Part shown: in pieces, positions 14,340 through 24,138 of the stretch
Layout: the number at the start of each line of letters is the position of its first letter
Position numbering within the stretch: the first letter of the stretch is position 1
IMG/VR virus record: IMGVR_UViG_3300022719_000123
Span: 1 to 43,313 of that record
Direction: 5' to 3' (one strand)
DNA length: 43,313 nucleotides
Source: a virus
Taxonomy: Duplodnaviria > Caudoviricetes
Notes under the pieces: generated by a model
What the model saw: the letters and a program-made list of their open reading frames with translations, nothing else
Database searches by the model: none
Told to the model about the DNA's origin: nothing
Translations under genes and position numbers: made by a program

Positions 14340-15255
14340 ATTTAAATCAAGCAAGAGCACGAAAGATATGATGCAGAGCAAGCAAGCGCCAACTAGTTCA
14401 GCGGGGCAGTTGTTGGCTTCGGTGAATAACGGACTGCTGGAAATGAAACCGAGACTAGAGGCGGTACTACCAGATGGCATCACGGCTGATAGGTTTATGA
14501 CCACCGCTTACTACCACGTTAGGGCTAACCCGCATCTGTGGAACGTGGAGAAGCAGAGTTTGTTTCTGTCTTTCTTGCAAGCTGCACAACAAGGGTTAGA
14601 TTTTGCAGTGCCAAACGAGGCGCATATCGTGCCGTTCAAGGGTAAGGCCACGCTGATTAGAGGCTACAAGGGAGACTTAAAGAACGCTAGAAGGAACCCT
14701 GATATCACCTACATTGATGCTAAAGCTATCTATGAAGCAGATGTGTATGACGTGGAACTAGGAGACACTCCACGGGTGACACACAAGCCACCAAAGTTTG
14801 GTAAGGATAGAGGACCGCAAATAGGTTTCTACGCTGTAGCAAAGGATAGAAACGGGAACGTGTATCACGAGGAAATGACAAACGAGCAAGTACACAACCA
14901 CGCCAAGCAGTACACCAAAGCAGCGGAGAAAGGGCCATTTTCAGAAATAATTAAAAAAGGACCAGAGGGTAAGAACTGGGAAGCATACGGATTAAAGACT
15001 GTGATTCATAGAATCTGTACCAGGAAACTAGACCTCAACACCTACTTCGGCCAATCGCTAATGCGCGAGTATGCACAAGACGACAAGCCAACGGCCCCGA
15101 TGCAGATAGACGATGCCGCGTTCAGACCATCCGACCCAGTGTTTGAGGCTGAGATTGATGAGGGCTTTGATCCGACCCAAGAACAGACACTACCGAAGGT
15201 AGAGATAACAGACGAGGACGAGCAGAAACTAACAAAACAACAGGGGATGCTATGA
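14332..15255 (+). CDS. recT: RecT-family single-strand annealing protein
   Basis: SLFLSFLQAAQQGL, EAHIVPFKG, GYKG, GFYAVA and LKTVI motifs. Confidence 0.92.
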   Translation: MSKFKSSKSTKDMMQSKQAPTSSAGQLLASVNNGLLEMKPRLEAVLPDGITADRFMTTAYYHVRANPHLWNVEKQSLFLSFLQAAQQGLDFAVPNEAHIVPFKGKATLIRGYKGDLKNARRNPDITYIDAKAIYEADVYDVELGDTPRVTHKPPKFGKDRGPQIGFYAVAKDRNGNVYHEEMTNEQVHNHAKQYTKAAEKGPFSEIIKKGPEGKNWEAYGLKTVIHRICTRKLDLNTYFGQSLMREYAQDDKPTAPMQIDDAAFRPSDPVFEAEIDEGFDPTQEQTLPKVEITDEDEQKLTKQQGML

Positions 15256-15509
15256 ATAATTACAGTAAATTGCCGGAGCATATGCAGCCGGCTGCAATGA
15301 GGTACATTGAGCATGGTGTTAAACCAGGTGATTTTATGTTTGCAGTGTTAACTAACAATCTCGTGGCTGCATTCAGTTATGCCGATGCGGCAAATAAACG
15401 CTATATATATAAATGGGTGGAGTGGTTGATGGCCGACTGCCCTGAGGATGCGTGGGGTAGTAAAGATAAAGTGTTTACGTACATGCGTAAAACACAAAAC
15501 AAAAACTAG
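15252..15509 (+). CDS. Hypothetical protein
   Basis: 85 aa; PEHM..RYIEHG..PGDF..AVL.N motif seen in phage hypotheticals; ATGA overlap. Confidence 0.75.
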   Translation: MNNYSKLPEHMQPAAMRYIEHGVKPGDFMFAVLTNNLVAAFSYADAANKRYIYKWVEWLMADCPEDAWGSKDKVFTYMRKTQNKN

Positions 15510-15518
15510 GAGACTGAA

Positions 15519-15710
15519 ATGCCAAAACTTAATTTGTCAGTGCTTAACTGGTACTGGGTATGGGTTGAGCGATACATGGACGATAACGATATCGGACTAG
15601 CCGAGTTGTTTAGGGAAGCTATAACACCGAAGCTATGTGCCGAGTATCCAGAGTTTCGGGAAATAATACGTGCAGAAAAGAAGAAACAATCTGCGTTAGA
15701 TCAAGCGTAA
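15519..15710 (+). CDS. Small hypothetical protein, possibly ribbon-helix-helix-like
   Basis: 63 aa with an AGGAG RBS; beta-like start followed by helices (LAELFREAI). Confidence 0.6.
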   Translation: MPKLNLSVLNWYWVWVERYMDDNDIGLAELFREAITPKLCAEYPEFREIIRAEKKKQSALDQA

Positions 15711-16063
15711 TGCGTAATCAAGTCATTGATATCGTGCCTGTGCCATACACACGGATGACACAACGCGATCAATGGAAGCCTCGACACAAGAGGTATAAAA
15801 AATACAAGGACGATTTACGTTGGCTGTGGGACGGTGCCTTCCCGTGCGAGATGACATTTCGATTCTGTCTGCCTATGCCGAACAGTTGGAGCGAGAAGAG
15901 AAAAAGAGAGAGCGAGGGTAAGCCACATCAGTCGAGACCGGATTTAGATAATTTAGTGAAGGGTGTGTTAGATGCGTTATTAGATGAAGATAGTTTGGTG
16001 TGGAGATTCTCCGCTGAAAAAATCTGGGGTTATGAAGGTCGAATTGAAATATACTATGAATAA
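15710..16063 (+). CDS. rusA: RusA-family Holliday junction resolvase
   Basis: PMPNSWS, HQSRPDLDNLVKGVLDAL and EDSLV motifs; start reassigned to ATG 15710. Confidence 0.88.
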   Translation: MRNQVIDIVPVPYTRMTQRDQWKPRHKRYKKYKDDLRWLWDGAFPCEMTFRFCLPMPNSWSEKRKRESEGKPHQSRPDLDNLVKGVLDALLDEDSLVWRFSAEKIWGYEGRIEIYYE

Positions 16064-16091
16064 ACTAAAACTAAGAGTTGGGGCTAAGATT

Positions 16092-16733
16092 ATGAGATAT
16101 TTGATTATATTGATGTTGTGGTTTCCTGGTGTTGTGATGGCTGAAGATTTGTTGGGTAATGCGTTGCCCAGTACTATCCCGCAGGGGGTTCATGATGTGG
16201 TGGTGGAAGCTGGCGGGTTGGAGGATGCTCCTGTGGATGGAAATCATCCGTATTACCATTGGTTATCTAGTGGTCATACGATAGAGGTGTTGGATGATTT
16301 TTATGTTGGGTATGTGAGTTATTTGGAAGGCTTGTTGTTAGCGGTTGATGAGCAGCGATTGTTGTGTGAGCAGGAATTGGCGAGCGGTGATGATGATATT
16401 CCTGGGTGTGTTGAGGTGAGTGATTTTGTTGATGGTGCTGGTGGTGCGTTGTGGAAGCCGGTTAGTGACAATACCGGGAACCCTGTGATTTTATATCCGA
16501 AGGAACTAACTGGACAATTGAATCGCAGCAGTTGTGAAATTTTTGCATCTAACGGCGATAGGCTACTGGGATGCCCTTATCGGACCACCGCTAATGGCGG
16601 GAGGGAGCACTACGATGTTGAGTTTCCTGCATCTGTGTTGGTTGCTGAAGCTCCTTTGGTGGTCCGTATATTGAGGACGGATGGTTTATTTGACTGTCGT
16701 CGGGTGGATATTCCTACCAGACGGTATGATTGA
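16092..16733 (+). CDS. Predicted secreted protein
   Basis: Signal-peptide-like MRYLIILMLWFPGVVMA; C-terminal LWKPVSD...NGGREHY domain with cysteines. The start could be 16056. Confidence 0.7.
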   Translation: MRYLIILMLWFPGVVMAEDLLGNALPSTIPQGVHDVVVEAGGLEDAPVDGNHPYYHWLSSGHTIEVLDDFYVGYVSYLEGLLLAVDEQRLLCEQELASGDDDIPGCVEVSDFVDGAGGALWKPVSDNTGNPVILYPKELTGQLNRSSCEIFASNGDRLLGCPYRTTANGGREHYDVEFPASVLVAEAPLVVRILRTDGLFDCRRVDIPTRRYD

Positions 16734-16963
16734 TGGCTAATCCTACTGGTGTGAAACTGCCGAGGAGTTCGAATGAGGCGAAGAACATTCTTCGTGAGAT
16801 GGTATTCACCCCATCAATTTCTAAAACATTAATTTTTGATATGATAGAAACTCTTGACAATATGGCTTACAACGAAGGCTATTCCGAGGGTTACGTCGAT
16901 GGCTATCATGCAAAGAAGGATGATTATAAGCGAAGGGTTATAAAAAGTAAGAGTTTAAAGTAA
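16730..16963 (+). CDS. Hypothetical protein
   Basis: 77 aa with a YNEGYSEGYVDGY repeat; last plus-strand gene. Confidence 0.65.
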   Translation: MMANPTGVKLPRSSNEAKNILREMVFTPSISKTLIFDMIETLDNMAYNEGYSEGYVDGYHAKKDDYKRRVIKSKSLK

Positions 16964-16965
16964 GG

Positions 16966-17289
16966 TTACACTTTTCCTTTTCGTTGTTGTTTTATTTCAA
17001 CAACCTTTCTCCAAGCGCCTGTCACAGACTTACCCCACTTGACCGCTTTGTGTACTAGACCCGCAATTAGCCCAGCCAATCCCGCCTGCACATACTCACT
17101 GGTTCCATATTTGTTAGTCAGGATATGCTCAAAAAGCTCGATTTTCTCCTGCAACGAATCCGCACCAAACCCCCCGGCCAACTCAGATGCCACTGCTGCT
17201 AACAATACTATAATCGAGATAAGTGATTTCTTACCGTCTAACATTTTCCATAGCGGGCCTAGTGCATATCTTAATATAATACTTCTCAT
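16966..17289 (-). CDS. Holin-like two-TM membrane protein
   Basis: ATG 17289 after AGGAG; LDGKKS followed by two hydrophobic segments and a basic tail; last gene of the late operon. Confidence 0.55.
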   Translation of the reverse strand: MRSIILRYALGPLWKMLDGKKSLISIIVLLAAVASELAGGFGADSLQEKIELFEHILTNKYGTSEYVQAGLAGLIAGLVHKAVKWGKSVTGAWRKVVEIKQQRKGKV

Positions 17290-17299
17290 TGTGTTTCTC

Positions 17300-17578
17300 C
17301 TATTTATCGTTACGAAAGTTCTGCCAAAACTCACTACCTACATGTTCTTTAAATGCATTAAGCAGATACTCGCTTTTTTGTCTCCAGACTTCTTTATCAA
17401 TATAATCAACTGTTCTAACAACTATCCCCTTTCTCCAGCCAGTGACATGAGCCAGGAATGGTTTACCGTTCTTTGCCCTAATAACTTTAACTCGTATAAG
17501 AGCGTCTCCCTCTTGATATGCTATCCATCCGATCTGTCTTCTATCAATCAAACTCTCAGTTGATATTTCCCGGATCAC
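17300..17578 (-). CDS. Hypothetical protein, possibly SpoVG-like nucleic-acid-binding fold
   Basis: RVKVIRAKNGKPFLA followed by a C-terminal helix EYLLNAFKE loosely matches the SpoVG pattern. Confidence 0.5.
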   Translation of the reverse strand: MIREISTESLIDRRQIGWIAYQEGDALIRVKVIRAKNGKPFLAHVTGWRKGIVVRTVDYIDKEVWRQKSEYLLNAFKEHVGSEFWQNFRNDK

Positions 17579-18167
17579 CTTTCACCTTCCAGCTATCATC
17601 ATTGCTCACATCAACGAGATTTTTTTGTATTCCTTTTGCTATTTCCATTAATTGATCTTCTTTTTCGATTTCTTCCTGCGTTGGGTCAGGGTCGAATTTG
17701 TCGCGGCAATGTGCCGACTGTCCACCTACCGTGTCCTCCCAGCAAAGCTCAACACACTCGGACGGCACACATAGTGACGGCACCTCTTCTTCCCACGGAT
17801 TGTAGCCCAACTCCCGCTCAGCCATTACGCGCACACGGATGTTCTCAAAAAACTCTAAGCAATAGAGCTGCACATAATCGTTTTTATGCTTCACGCTAAG
17901 GGGTTTCTGGTATACCCAGAATATCTTCTCCATAAATAGAGGGTTGTTCCACCAGTTTGCTGTGTGTGGGACATCGAGTTTTGAGGATGACTTTACAATC
18001 CGAACTTCAAATGTTTTGCCAGGGCCGCCTATTCGTTTACTAGCACACCACGTGTCAACGGTCTCACGATACGTCCGGTCTTTCTGGTACGCTACGTTTG
18101 GGGTATAGTTCCCGGACCATTTCGGATGCTTCTCAGGATATGCTAAGCTTCTCGGTAAAATTAACAT
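17556..18167 (-). CDS. Hypothetical protein
   Basis: 203-aa ORF coupled (TAATG) to the large ejection gene. Confidence 0.7.
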   Translation of the reverse strand: MLILPRSLAYPEKHPKWSGNYTPNVAYQKDRTYRETVDTWCASKRIGGPGKTFEVRIVKSSSKLDVPHTANWWNNPLFMEKIFWVYQKPLSVKHKNDYVQLYCLEFFENIRVRVMAERELGYNPWEEEVPSLCVPSECVELCWEDTVGGQSAHCRDKFDPDPTQEEIEKEDQLMEIAKGIQKNLVDVSNDDSWKVKGDPGNIN

Positions 18168-21100
18168 TACTTGCCCTTAACCTCTCTCTTCAATGCTTCT
18201 CTAATCTCTAAAACTTCGTTAACTTTTCTCTTGCTGCGTGGTAGTGCCTGGTCTCTAACAAACTCCCTTAATTGCTCTCGTCTAGCAAATACCTCGGACT
18301 TGCCGGGGTCTACTTCGAGCGGGCGAACACCAGTAATCGACCGGAGTATTCGCTCATCTAAGTCCAAACTTTTATTCGTTGCTGCCCTGGCAGTAGATAG
18401 TGCTCGTCCGTAACCTGGGACTAGTTGTGATAGCCATGCAAGGCGCTTCCAATCCGCTGTAAATGTTCCATCACCATTGTCTCTGGCATTTAACAACGTC
18501 TGGTTCGCTTTGTTTATAGTCTTAAAAACAGATTCGGGTATTGCATCAAAGGGGTGGGCAAGAAGTTTGTCATAATCCTCTTCGAACTTAGCAACCTTCC
18601 TCAAACTCTCGTCGCTTAACGGTCGCTCAAAAAAGAATGAGTGGTCGGTAACAAACTCTAATGGGGTTTTTAGTATTGGATTGAGGTTTGCCAGTGTGTT
18701 GGTCATAGCACGCCGGGTGTTGTGTGCCCCAGCATCAATAAGACTTTGCATCGTTAACTCACGAGGCGCACGCAAGTTGATGAACTTGCCTAGCTCTTCT
18801 ATCGGAACACCAAACCCCTGTATTAGTTTTGGAAAGCCGTCGTCGCTCCGTCCAATAAACCGGCTGATAGTTTCCTGCCCTCGTAATGTTTTTAATTGCT
18901 CATCCATTCCTTCGGGAAGTGGTATGGCGTTTGGGTCTCGTAGTATTTCCGCTACCCCTTCAACGGCATGAAGCTGAGATGTTAGCCCGCCTGGCCGTGT
19001 GACCATAGCTGTCATTGTGTTTGCCAACTCTCCCCGTGCAAACGAGTAGAAGAAGAAGAGGTTGTTTAATACGTCTCTCTCGAACTTAGTTTTCCCCCGT
19101 GCATAGTCAATCATCGTTGTTCTAACCTGATTGGCTGCTGTCGAGGCATCAAGCCCCTGTTTTCGTAGTTGGAAATAAAGATGCTCTCGGCCAAAGTTCT
19201 CGATAAAGTTTGCAAAATTTGTAGCACCAAGGTTTTCGGCAACGGCAAGCTGTAACCCTTTTCCATCCTCTCTCGCTGTTGACATCACACGAGACCAAAA
19301 GCCCTTACCATGCTTTGGATCATCCAAGGTTTTGTTGGCAATTGATGCAAGCTGGTCGGTTATATGGTTCTGGACATCTACCATCGCCGATGCAGACTCG
19401 TTTAAAAAGCCAAACTGCTTTGCTTCTAACTCAAGTTGCCTGCCCGAAATAAACTCGCCTCGGATGTTTTTTATCCCACCGGCTCCACCTCTTCGTAGCT
19501 TATACGTTTCGTAAAGTTTAAATGGGTTGAAAGCCTCTCCAAGTGTGGACGCCGCCTTGGTTCCCTGTAGCTGCGCCGATACGAAGTTACGTGCATGAAA
19601 CGCGGGCCACCACAATGTGGCTCCTAGCTTTAAGTTTTTGACCCACCCCAGATAGCTTTCTCCAGCTCGTACGTACGCTTCCGCCATATCAGTATCTCCT
19701 CTAGATCTCACAAAATCACTAAAGCGGGATAGGGTTCCTCTTCTGTCAAGGGACTCATCCAACGCTTGTGCAAAACTTCTTGGAATAACACCGTTAAAAT
19801 AGTTCTTCTCTTCCGGCGAAAGAGAATCGCTTCGTGCCACAAATTGCCGAAACTTTTCATTCGGCATCTCTGCTCCAGCACGACCAACGTTTGTTTCTCC
19901 TGCACGGCCCATAAGTCCGGTTCTATATTCATCGAGAAAACCATTTAGCCCGAGAACCGTCTCACGCTCTTTGTTGGAAAACGTAAGTCCTAAGTCGTTA
20001 GCTACTTTCTGTGCATCTTTTGTTGCATCCAGTCCCGGATTCCCTTGAGCAACTCTTTTAAGCTCATCATATCGACGCACAGAGAAAAACTCCCCATTAT
20101 ATTTCAGGGCAGAGAGCCCCTCTAGCGAGGTCTTTCCTTTATCCGCTAACAGTCCTAACCGAGCTGCCTCATCAACTCCCACGGATTGCATGGCCGTCTG
20201 AACAGCATCCTGTGGAGAGATGTCTCGTCGTCGTAAAAACTCTAAAGCGGCCCTACTTACCCGCTCGTTCTTGGATGCAACAGCGGCCTTAATGGCATCA
20301 TATGTTTTTCTGGGTAGAGCTATCTCATATCCAGCTCGCTCCAAAAAGTCTTTCTCTGACTTGGCAAGCCGTTGTTGAACAGTTCTATGAAACCAAACCT
20401 TTCGAAGGTTAAACTCTGGCAACAGACCAGAGGTTACAAAGGCGTCATCCAACGTTGTAAATGTTCTCTCAAAAGAAAAGTTGGGGTCTCTGCGCTGGAT
20501 GTTCTGCATGGCCTGTGCAACGATTTCTTTTTTCTTTTCAAATGGCATTTTCTCTGGAGCTTTATAAAGGTGGGCAAAGTATTCCTCACGCTCAGAGTTT
20601 AGGAATCCGTTAATCCTTCCTTCTTCGGCATAGCGGTTGAAGTCTTCCCGAACCAAACGAGCAAGCCTAGCTCCCTCATCTCCTAGCCCGGCTCTCTGTT
20701 GATTAAATATTCTTGCTGTTGCCTGCACTGCTCGTTCAAACGCAGCCCCGGTATCAATGTCATCAGCTAATTCATTTCCGGCATTAAGTAGGTTCGCCTT
20801 AAGCCCTGCCTCCATCTGCCTTCCAAACGCTTCAAGCCCCTCGTCATCACCCCCTAGCTTAAACCACTTTTCAAACATGTTTCTAGCTTCAGTATCTACC
20901 TGGTTTGCTAGGTGCGATCGTTGCATTTCATTTTCTCTTAACAGGTCCAATGCTACATCACTCCCTGCTTGGAACCTTCTTGATACAAGCGTAGGAAACT
21001 TCCTTGCCCCTTGCATAATTCCCGCTGCGAATATCAACGGCGTGATGTCTGATTTCTTTGCGGCGTCCACTGCTTTATCTAAAGTCTTACCAACACCCAC

Positions 21101-22114
21101 ACTCGCGTTGTAGAGAGGGCCGCTGAGTGCATCAAAGATAACCTCTGACGATGCAGTAACTACCGGAATATCAAAACCCGGACTAGAAAGAAAAGCTGGG
21201 AGACTCGAGTAGCCTTCCCCAACCGCCGGAATAATCCCCGCACCACGTATAGCGTTTTTCTTAAAGAGATCCTCAAGTGGCTGCGTGTCATCTAAGTCTA
21301 GTGCGTCTCGTATTCGTTTTTCTTGGGCAGCAAGATCGTCTACCGCCGCCTCCGCCGCTACAACAGCCTCGCCTCCTTCTTCGTGTAAGCGATCCAGCTC
21401 TGACTTACCGCGAAAGTCTTTCGCTTCGAGGTCTCTTCGTTTTTTAAGAAACGCCTGGGCTTCCTTGAACGGAGCCACTGCCTCTTGTTCTGCTTTGATT
21501 TTTGCGTTGAGATACTCCGCCTGATCCTCTGCAAGCTCCCCGGTCTTTAAACGCTTCTTCTCCTTAGCAACAAGGTCTTCGAAAATATCTCGGTTTCTAT
21601 TAAGAATAATCTCATCAGGGGTGGCTTTCTTTCCTAGCCTAGTTTTTAGAGCTTTCTTAGAGAGGGTCTTTCTCCCAATTTTTGCTCCTACTCCACCGCC
21701 TAATGTAACGTACGAAACTGGGTCTAAGGCTACATCCCCCACGAAACCAGCCACGCCTCGCAAAACCGGGCTGTCTTTAAATACTCCCTGCTTTCGAAAG
21801 ATATCTGCAACGGTAAGGTCGTCCTCTGTTCCCTTAATCGCCGCATCGAGTAAGTTCTTGTCTTTGAAGCCTGGGGTGTTGGTGAGTCCTGCAACTGCTC
21901 CACTAACAAACTGTCCTGGCGTGCTAATGAAATCAAGTAAAGACTCCAAAGCTCCTGGTCCTGGATCGGATGGAGGTTCAATATCTAATGTTTCTAAGTT
22001 TTCCTCTAGGGTTTGGATTTCTCGTTGCGCGGATTTAAACGCTGCATTGGCTGATCGCTGGCGAAAATCCTCGTTTAGTTCGCCGCTGGTAGGGTTCCCG
22101 AAAATATCTGGCAC
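18167..22114 (-). CDS. Large internal virion / DNA ejection protein
   Basis: 1315 aa, helical; GFVGDVALDPVSY hydrophobic segment, FHARNF and FFFYSF motifs; podovirus synteny. Confidence 0.75.
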   Translation of the reverse strand: MPDIFGNPTSGELNEDFRQRSANAAFKSAQREIQTLEENLETLDIEPPSDPGPGALESLLDFISTPGQFVSGAVAGLTNTPGFKDKNLLDAAIKGTEDDLTVADIFRKQGVFKDSPVLRGVAGFVGDVALDPVSYVTLGGGVGAKIGRKTLSKKALKTRLGKKATPDEIILNRNRDIFEDLVAKEKKRLKTGELAEDQAEYLNAKIKAEQEAVAPFKEAQAFLKKRRDLEAKDFRGKSELDRLHEEGGEAVVAAEAAVDDLAAQEKRIRDALDLDDTQPLEDLFKKNAIRGAGIIPAVGEGYSSLPAFLSSPGFDIPVVTASSEVIFDALSGPLYNASVGVGKTLDKAVDAAKKSDITPLIFAAGIMQGARKFPTLVSRRFQAGSDVALDLLRENEMQRSHLANQVDTEARNMFEKWFKLGGDDEGLEAFGRQMEAGLKANLLNAGNELADDIDTGAAFERAVQATARIFNQQRAGLGDEGARLARLVREDFNRYAEEGRINGFLNSEREEYFAHLYKAPEKMPFEKKKEIVAQAMQNIQRRDPNFSFERTFTTLDDAFVTSGLLPEFNLRKVWFHRTVQQRLAKSEKDFLERAGYEIALPRKTYDAIKAAVASKNERVSRAALEFLRRRDISPQDAVQTAMQSVGVDEAARLGLLADKGKTSLEGLSALKYNGEFFSVRRYDELKRVAQGNPGLDATKDAQKVANDLGLTFSNKERETVLGLNGFLDEYRTGLMGRAGETNVGRAGAEMPNEKFRQFVARSDSLSPEEKNYFNGVIPRSFAQALDESLDRRGTLSRFSDFVRSRGDTDMAEAYVRAGESYLGWVKNLKLGATLWWPAFHARNFVSAQLQGTKAASTLGEAFNPFKLYETYKLRRGGAGGIKNIRGEFISGRQLELEAKQFGFLNESASAMVDVQNHITDQLASIANKTLDDPKHGKGFWSRVMSTAREDGKGLQLAVAENLGATNFANFIENFGREHLYFQLRKQGLDASTAANQVRTTMIDYARGKTKFERDVLNNLFFFYSFARGELANTMTAMVTRPGGLTSQLHAVEGVAEILRDPNAIPLPEGMDEQLKTLRGQETISRFIGRSDDGFPKLIQGFGVPIEELGKFINLRAPRELTMQSLIDAGAHNTRRAMTNTLANLNPILKTPLEFVTDHSFFFERPLSDESLRKVAKFEEDYDKLLAHPFDAIPESVFKTINKANQTLLNARDNGDGTFTADWKRLAWLSQLVPGYGRALSTARAATNKSLDLDERILRSITGVRPLEVDPGKSEVFARREQLREFVRDQALPRSKRKVNEVLEIREALKREVKGK

Positions 22115-22120
22115 AACTCG

Positions 22121-23332
22121 TTATTCTCCAAGAGCTTTTTCTATAAGCGCCTTTTCATCAGCATTGTTGGTGAGACCGATCAGTTGCTCCTTAAGCTTCT
22201 TTTTGCGTGAAGCACTCTGCCTTCCTATCGCGGTTCGAATCTGTGCGATTCTATCCGCATCTGAAAGCCTCTCTTTATTAAGAACATTAATAGCCCTATT
22301 GAGCGGCTTACTGGCTCTAGCTGCGGCACTCGTCCTAACAGCGGCCCGCGCCCTACTCGCAAGAGACCCCTTTGGAACCGCTCTACTCGCAAGAGAGCGT
22401 AGCAACCCTCCAGCTCGTCCAGTTAGTTTAACGATACGCCCCTTTGGGGTAAACATAATTCCAGCACCCAAAAGCGTCATGACCGTACCAAGTCCAACCC
22501 CATCATCTTCTTGCTCCGCTTTGGCGCGGTCAAGCGTGGATTTAAGTGATGATGCATCAATTCCTTCAGCCCCCAAAGTATTTATAACTTCTTGGGCTTC
22601 CTCTATCTCACCATTATCTAATAATGTTTGTATCTCACCCGCTGCTTTATCAAAAGCAAGCTGTTCCGCTTTATCTACATCAACAACTCTACCCACGTCG
22701 GGTATCGTTTTTGCTATTTGTAAAAGATTTCCGTCTCTTTCTAAAGCTTCCCTCGTTGCGAGTTGACCAAACTCACGACCCGAAACATCATCTTCCCGCC
22801 GCTGGTCTCTAATCTCTCTAGGAAGAAACTCAGCGATTGGCTTATTAGATTTAGTAAACGTGCCACCCAATTGCGCCTGCTCTTTGGTAGGAACAACAGC
22901 AGGAACGTTCTGAATCACGTCTTCAAATCCCTCCTGCCCTCGTACTGTAAATGTTGGTGTTTCGGATTTCTGCTTTGCATCTATAAGAACCGCCCTAACT
23001 GCTTCAGCCGTAACTGGCTGGCCGGACTTAGCGAGTCGATTAATATTTTCTGCTGCTCGGCTTGCCTGCTCAATCTCTATCGGATCAGCTCGTTGAATTG
23101 GCACTCCTGTTTGGAACTGTCGCCCTTGTCGAAAGGCTTGTTCAAGAGTCTCCTTTTCTGGGAAGAAATCTAATATCTGCTGAGCGGATTCAACGGCTTC
23201 TTGTTCGAAAGCGGCTGCCACTCGACCAGAGCCGCGAGCAATGTTTTCTAGCGTCAGGGCATCTATGAAACTATCTGTAACATTTTTTGTTTCTTCGTCG
23301 ATGCTCTCATCTTCAAATAGTGGTTCCGGCAT
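22121..23332 (-). CDS. Putative internal virion protein
   Basis: 403 aa, helical, with one Gly-rich hydrophobic segment; synteny. Confidence 0.6.
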   Translation of the reverse strand: MPEPLFEDESIDEETKNVTDSFIDALTLENIARGSGRVAAAFEQEAVESAQQILDFFPEKETLEQAFRQGRQFQTGVPIQRADPIEIEQASRAAENINRLAKSGQPVTAEAVRAVLIDAKQKSETPTFTVRGQEGFEDVIQNVPAVVPTKEQAQLGGTFTKSNKPIAEFLPREIRDQRREDDVSGREFGQLATREALERDGNLLQIAKTIPDVGRVVDVDKAEQLAFDKAAGEIQTLLDNGEIEEAQEVINTLGAEGIDASSLKSTLDRAKAEQEDDGVGLGTVMTLLGAGIMFTPKGRIVKLTGRAGGLLRSLASRAVPKGSLASRARAAVRTSAAARASKPLNRAINVLNKERLSDADRIAQIRTAIGRQSASRKKKLKEQLIGLTNNADEKALIEKALGE

Positions 23333-24126
23333 TATACTAATCCTGATAGCGATCCGAGAATCTCAGTGGGTGAGATTTGTCGGGTTGATTTTAATGTTCG
23401 GGTTATTGGTAGTCCAGCTACGTTCACAATTTGTTGATTCGTAGAGGATAGATTCCCACCCCGCGTTGCTCCTCCAATAAGACTTCGAACAAACGATTCC
23501 CGTCTAGCTTGGTCTCTAGCGCGTAGATTGGCTTCCAGTTCAGTGGCTCTGCGTTGTAACTCTGCTTGCCGCTCTAAAGTTTCCATCGCTAGCTGTTGCT
23601 CAAACTCAGCCCTATCTCTAGCAAGAGCCTGTTGCATCTTCCTCTGAGCAAGCCCCTGACTTGAGCCTGCACTTCTAATACTCCCAGAGGCACCTCCTCC
23701 AGAAACTTGCCCTTTGGCGTTACGCTGTGCTTGAGCCTGTCTGCCAATAGCCGCTGCCTCTAGTGCTTGCTTAACTGTTTCGTTGAATTGGATCCGCTTC
23801 TGACTTGCGCCTACACGGCCCCCCGAGCCACCACTAAGGGCCGGATGTATAGTTTTCAACATCTCAACCACGGCGTCTGGGTTCGTTTGTGTTAGGTTTT
23901 CAAGGATAATGTCCTTGCCTGAGAAGGGACTACCGCCACCCTTCGCTGCCTCACCAAGGGCCGCAAGTCGTTCGCTTTTCTCGCGCGCTTCTCTCTCTTG
24001 CTTCGTTTCTCTTCCGCTTTCTTTTCCGCTAGGTGTTGACATTCGTCTTGCTCCTTGCTGTTTTTCTGCTAAACGGCGCAACTCACCTCGTAGTTGGAAC
24101 TTCTCCTGCTCGGTCATTTCGGACAT
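23332..24126 (-). CDS. Putative internal virion protein
   Basis: 264 aa, Q/A/R-rich coiled coil. Confidence 0.6.
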   Translation of the reverse strand: MSEMTEQEKFQLRGELRRLAEKQQGARRMSTPSGKESGRETKQEREAREKSERLAALGEAAKGGGSPFSGKDIILENLTQTNPDAVVEMLKTIHPALSGGSGGRVGASQKRIQFNETVKQALEAAAIGRQAQAQRNAKGQVSGGGASGSIRSAGSSQGLAQRKMQQALARDRAEFEQQLAMETLERQAELQRRATELEANLRARDQARRESFVRSLIGGATRGGNLSSTNQQIVNVAGLPITRTLKSTRQISPTEILGSLSGLV

Positions 24127-24138
24127 TGTAAATAGTCC

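Noticed and set aside
21621-22766. 381-aa plus-strand ORF, and similar antisense ORFs such as 23909-24631 and 27785-28432
   Set aside because: They are antisense shadows of well-supported virion genes, with no RBS or recognisable motifs.
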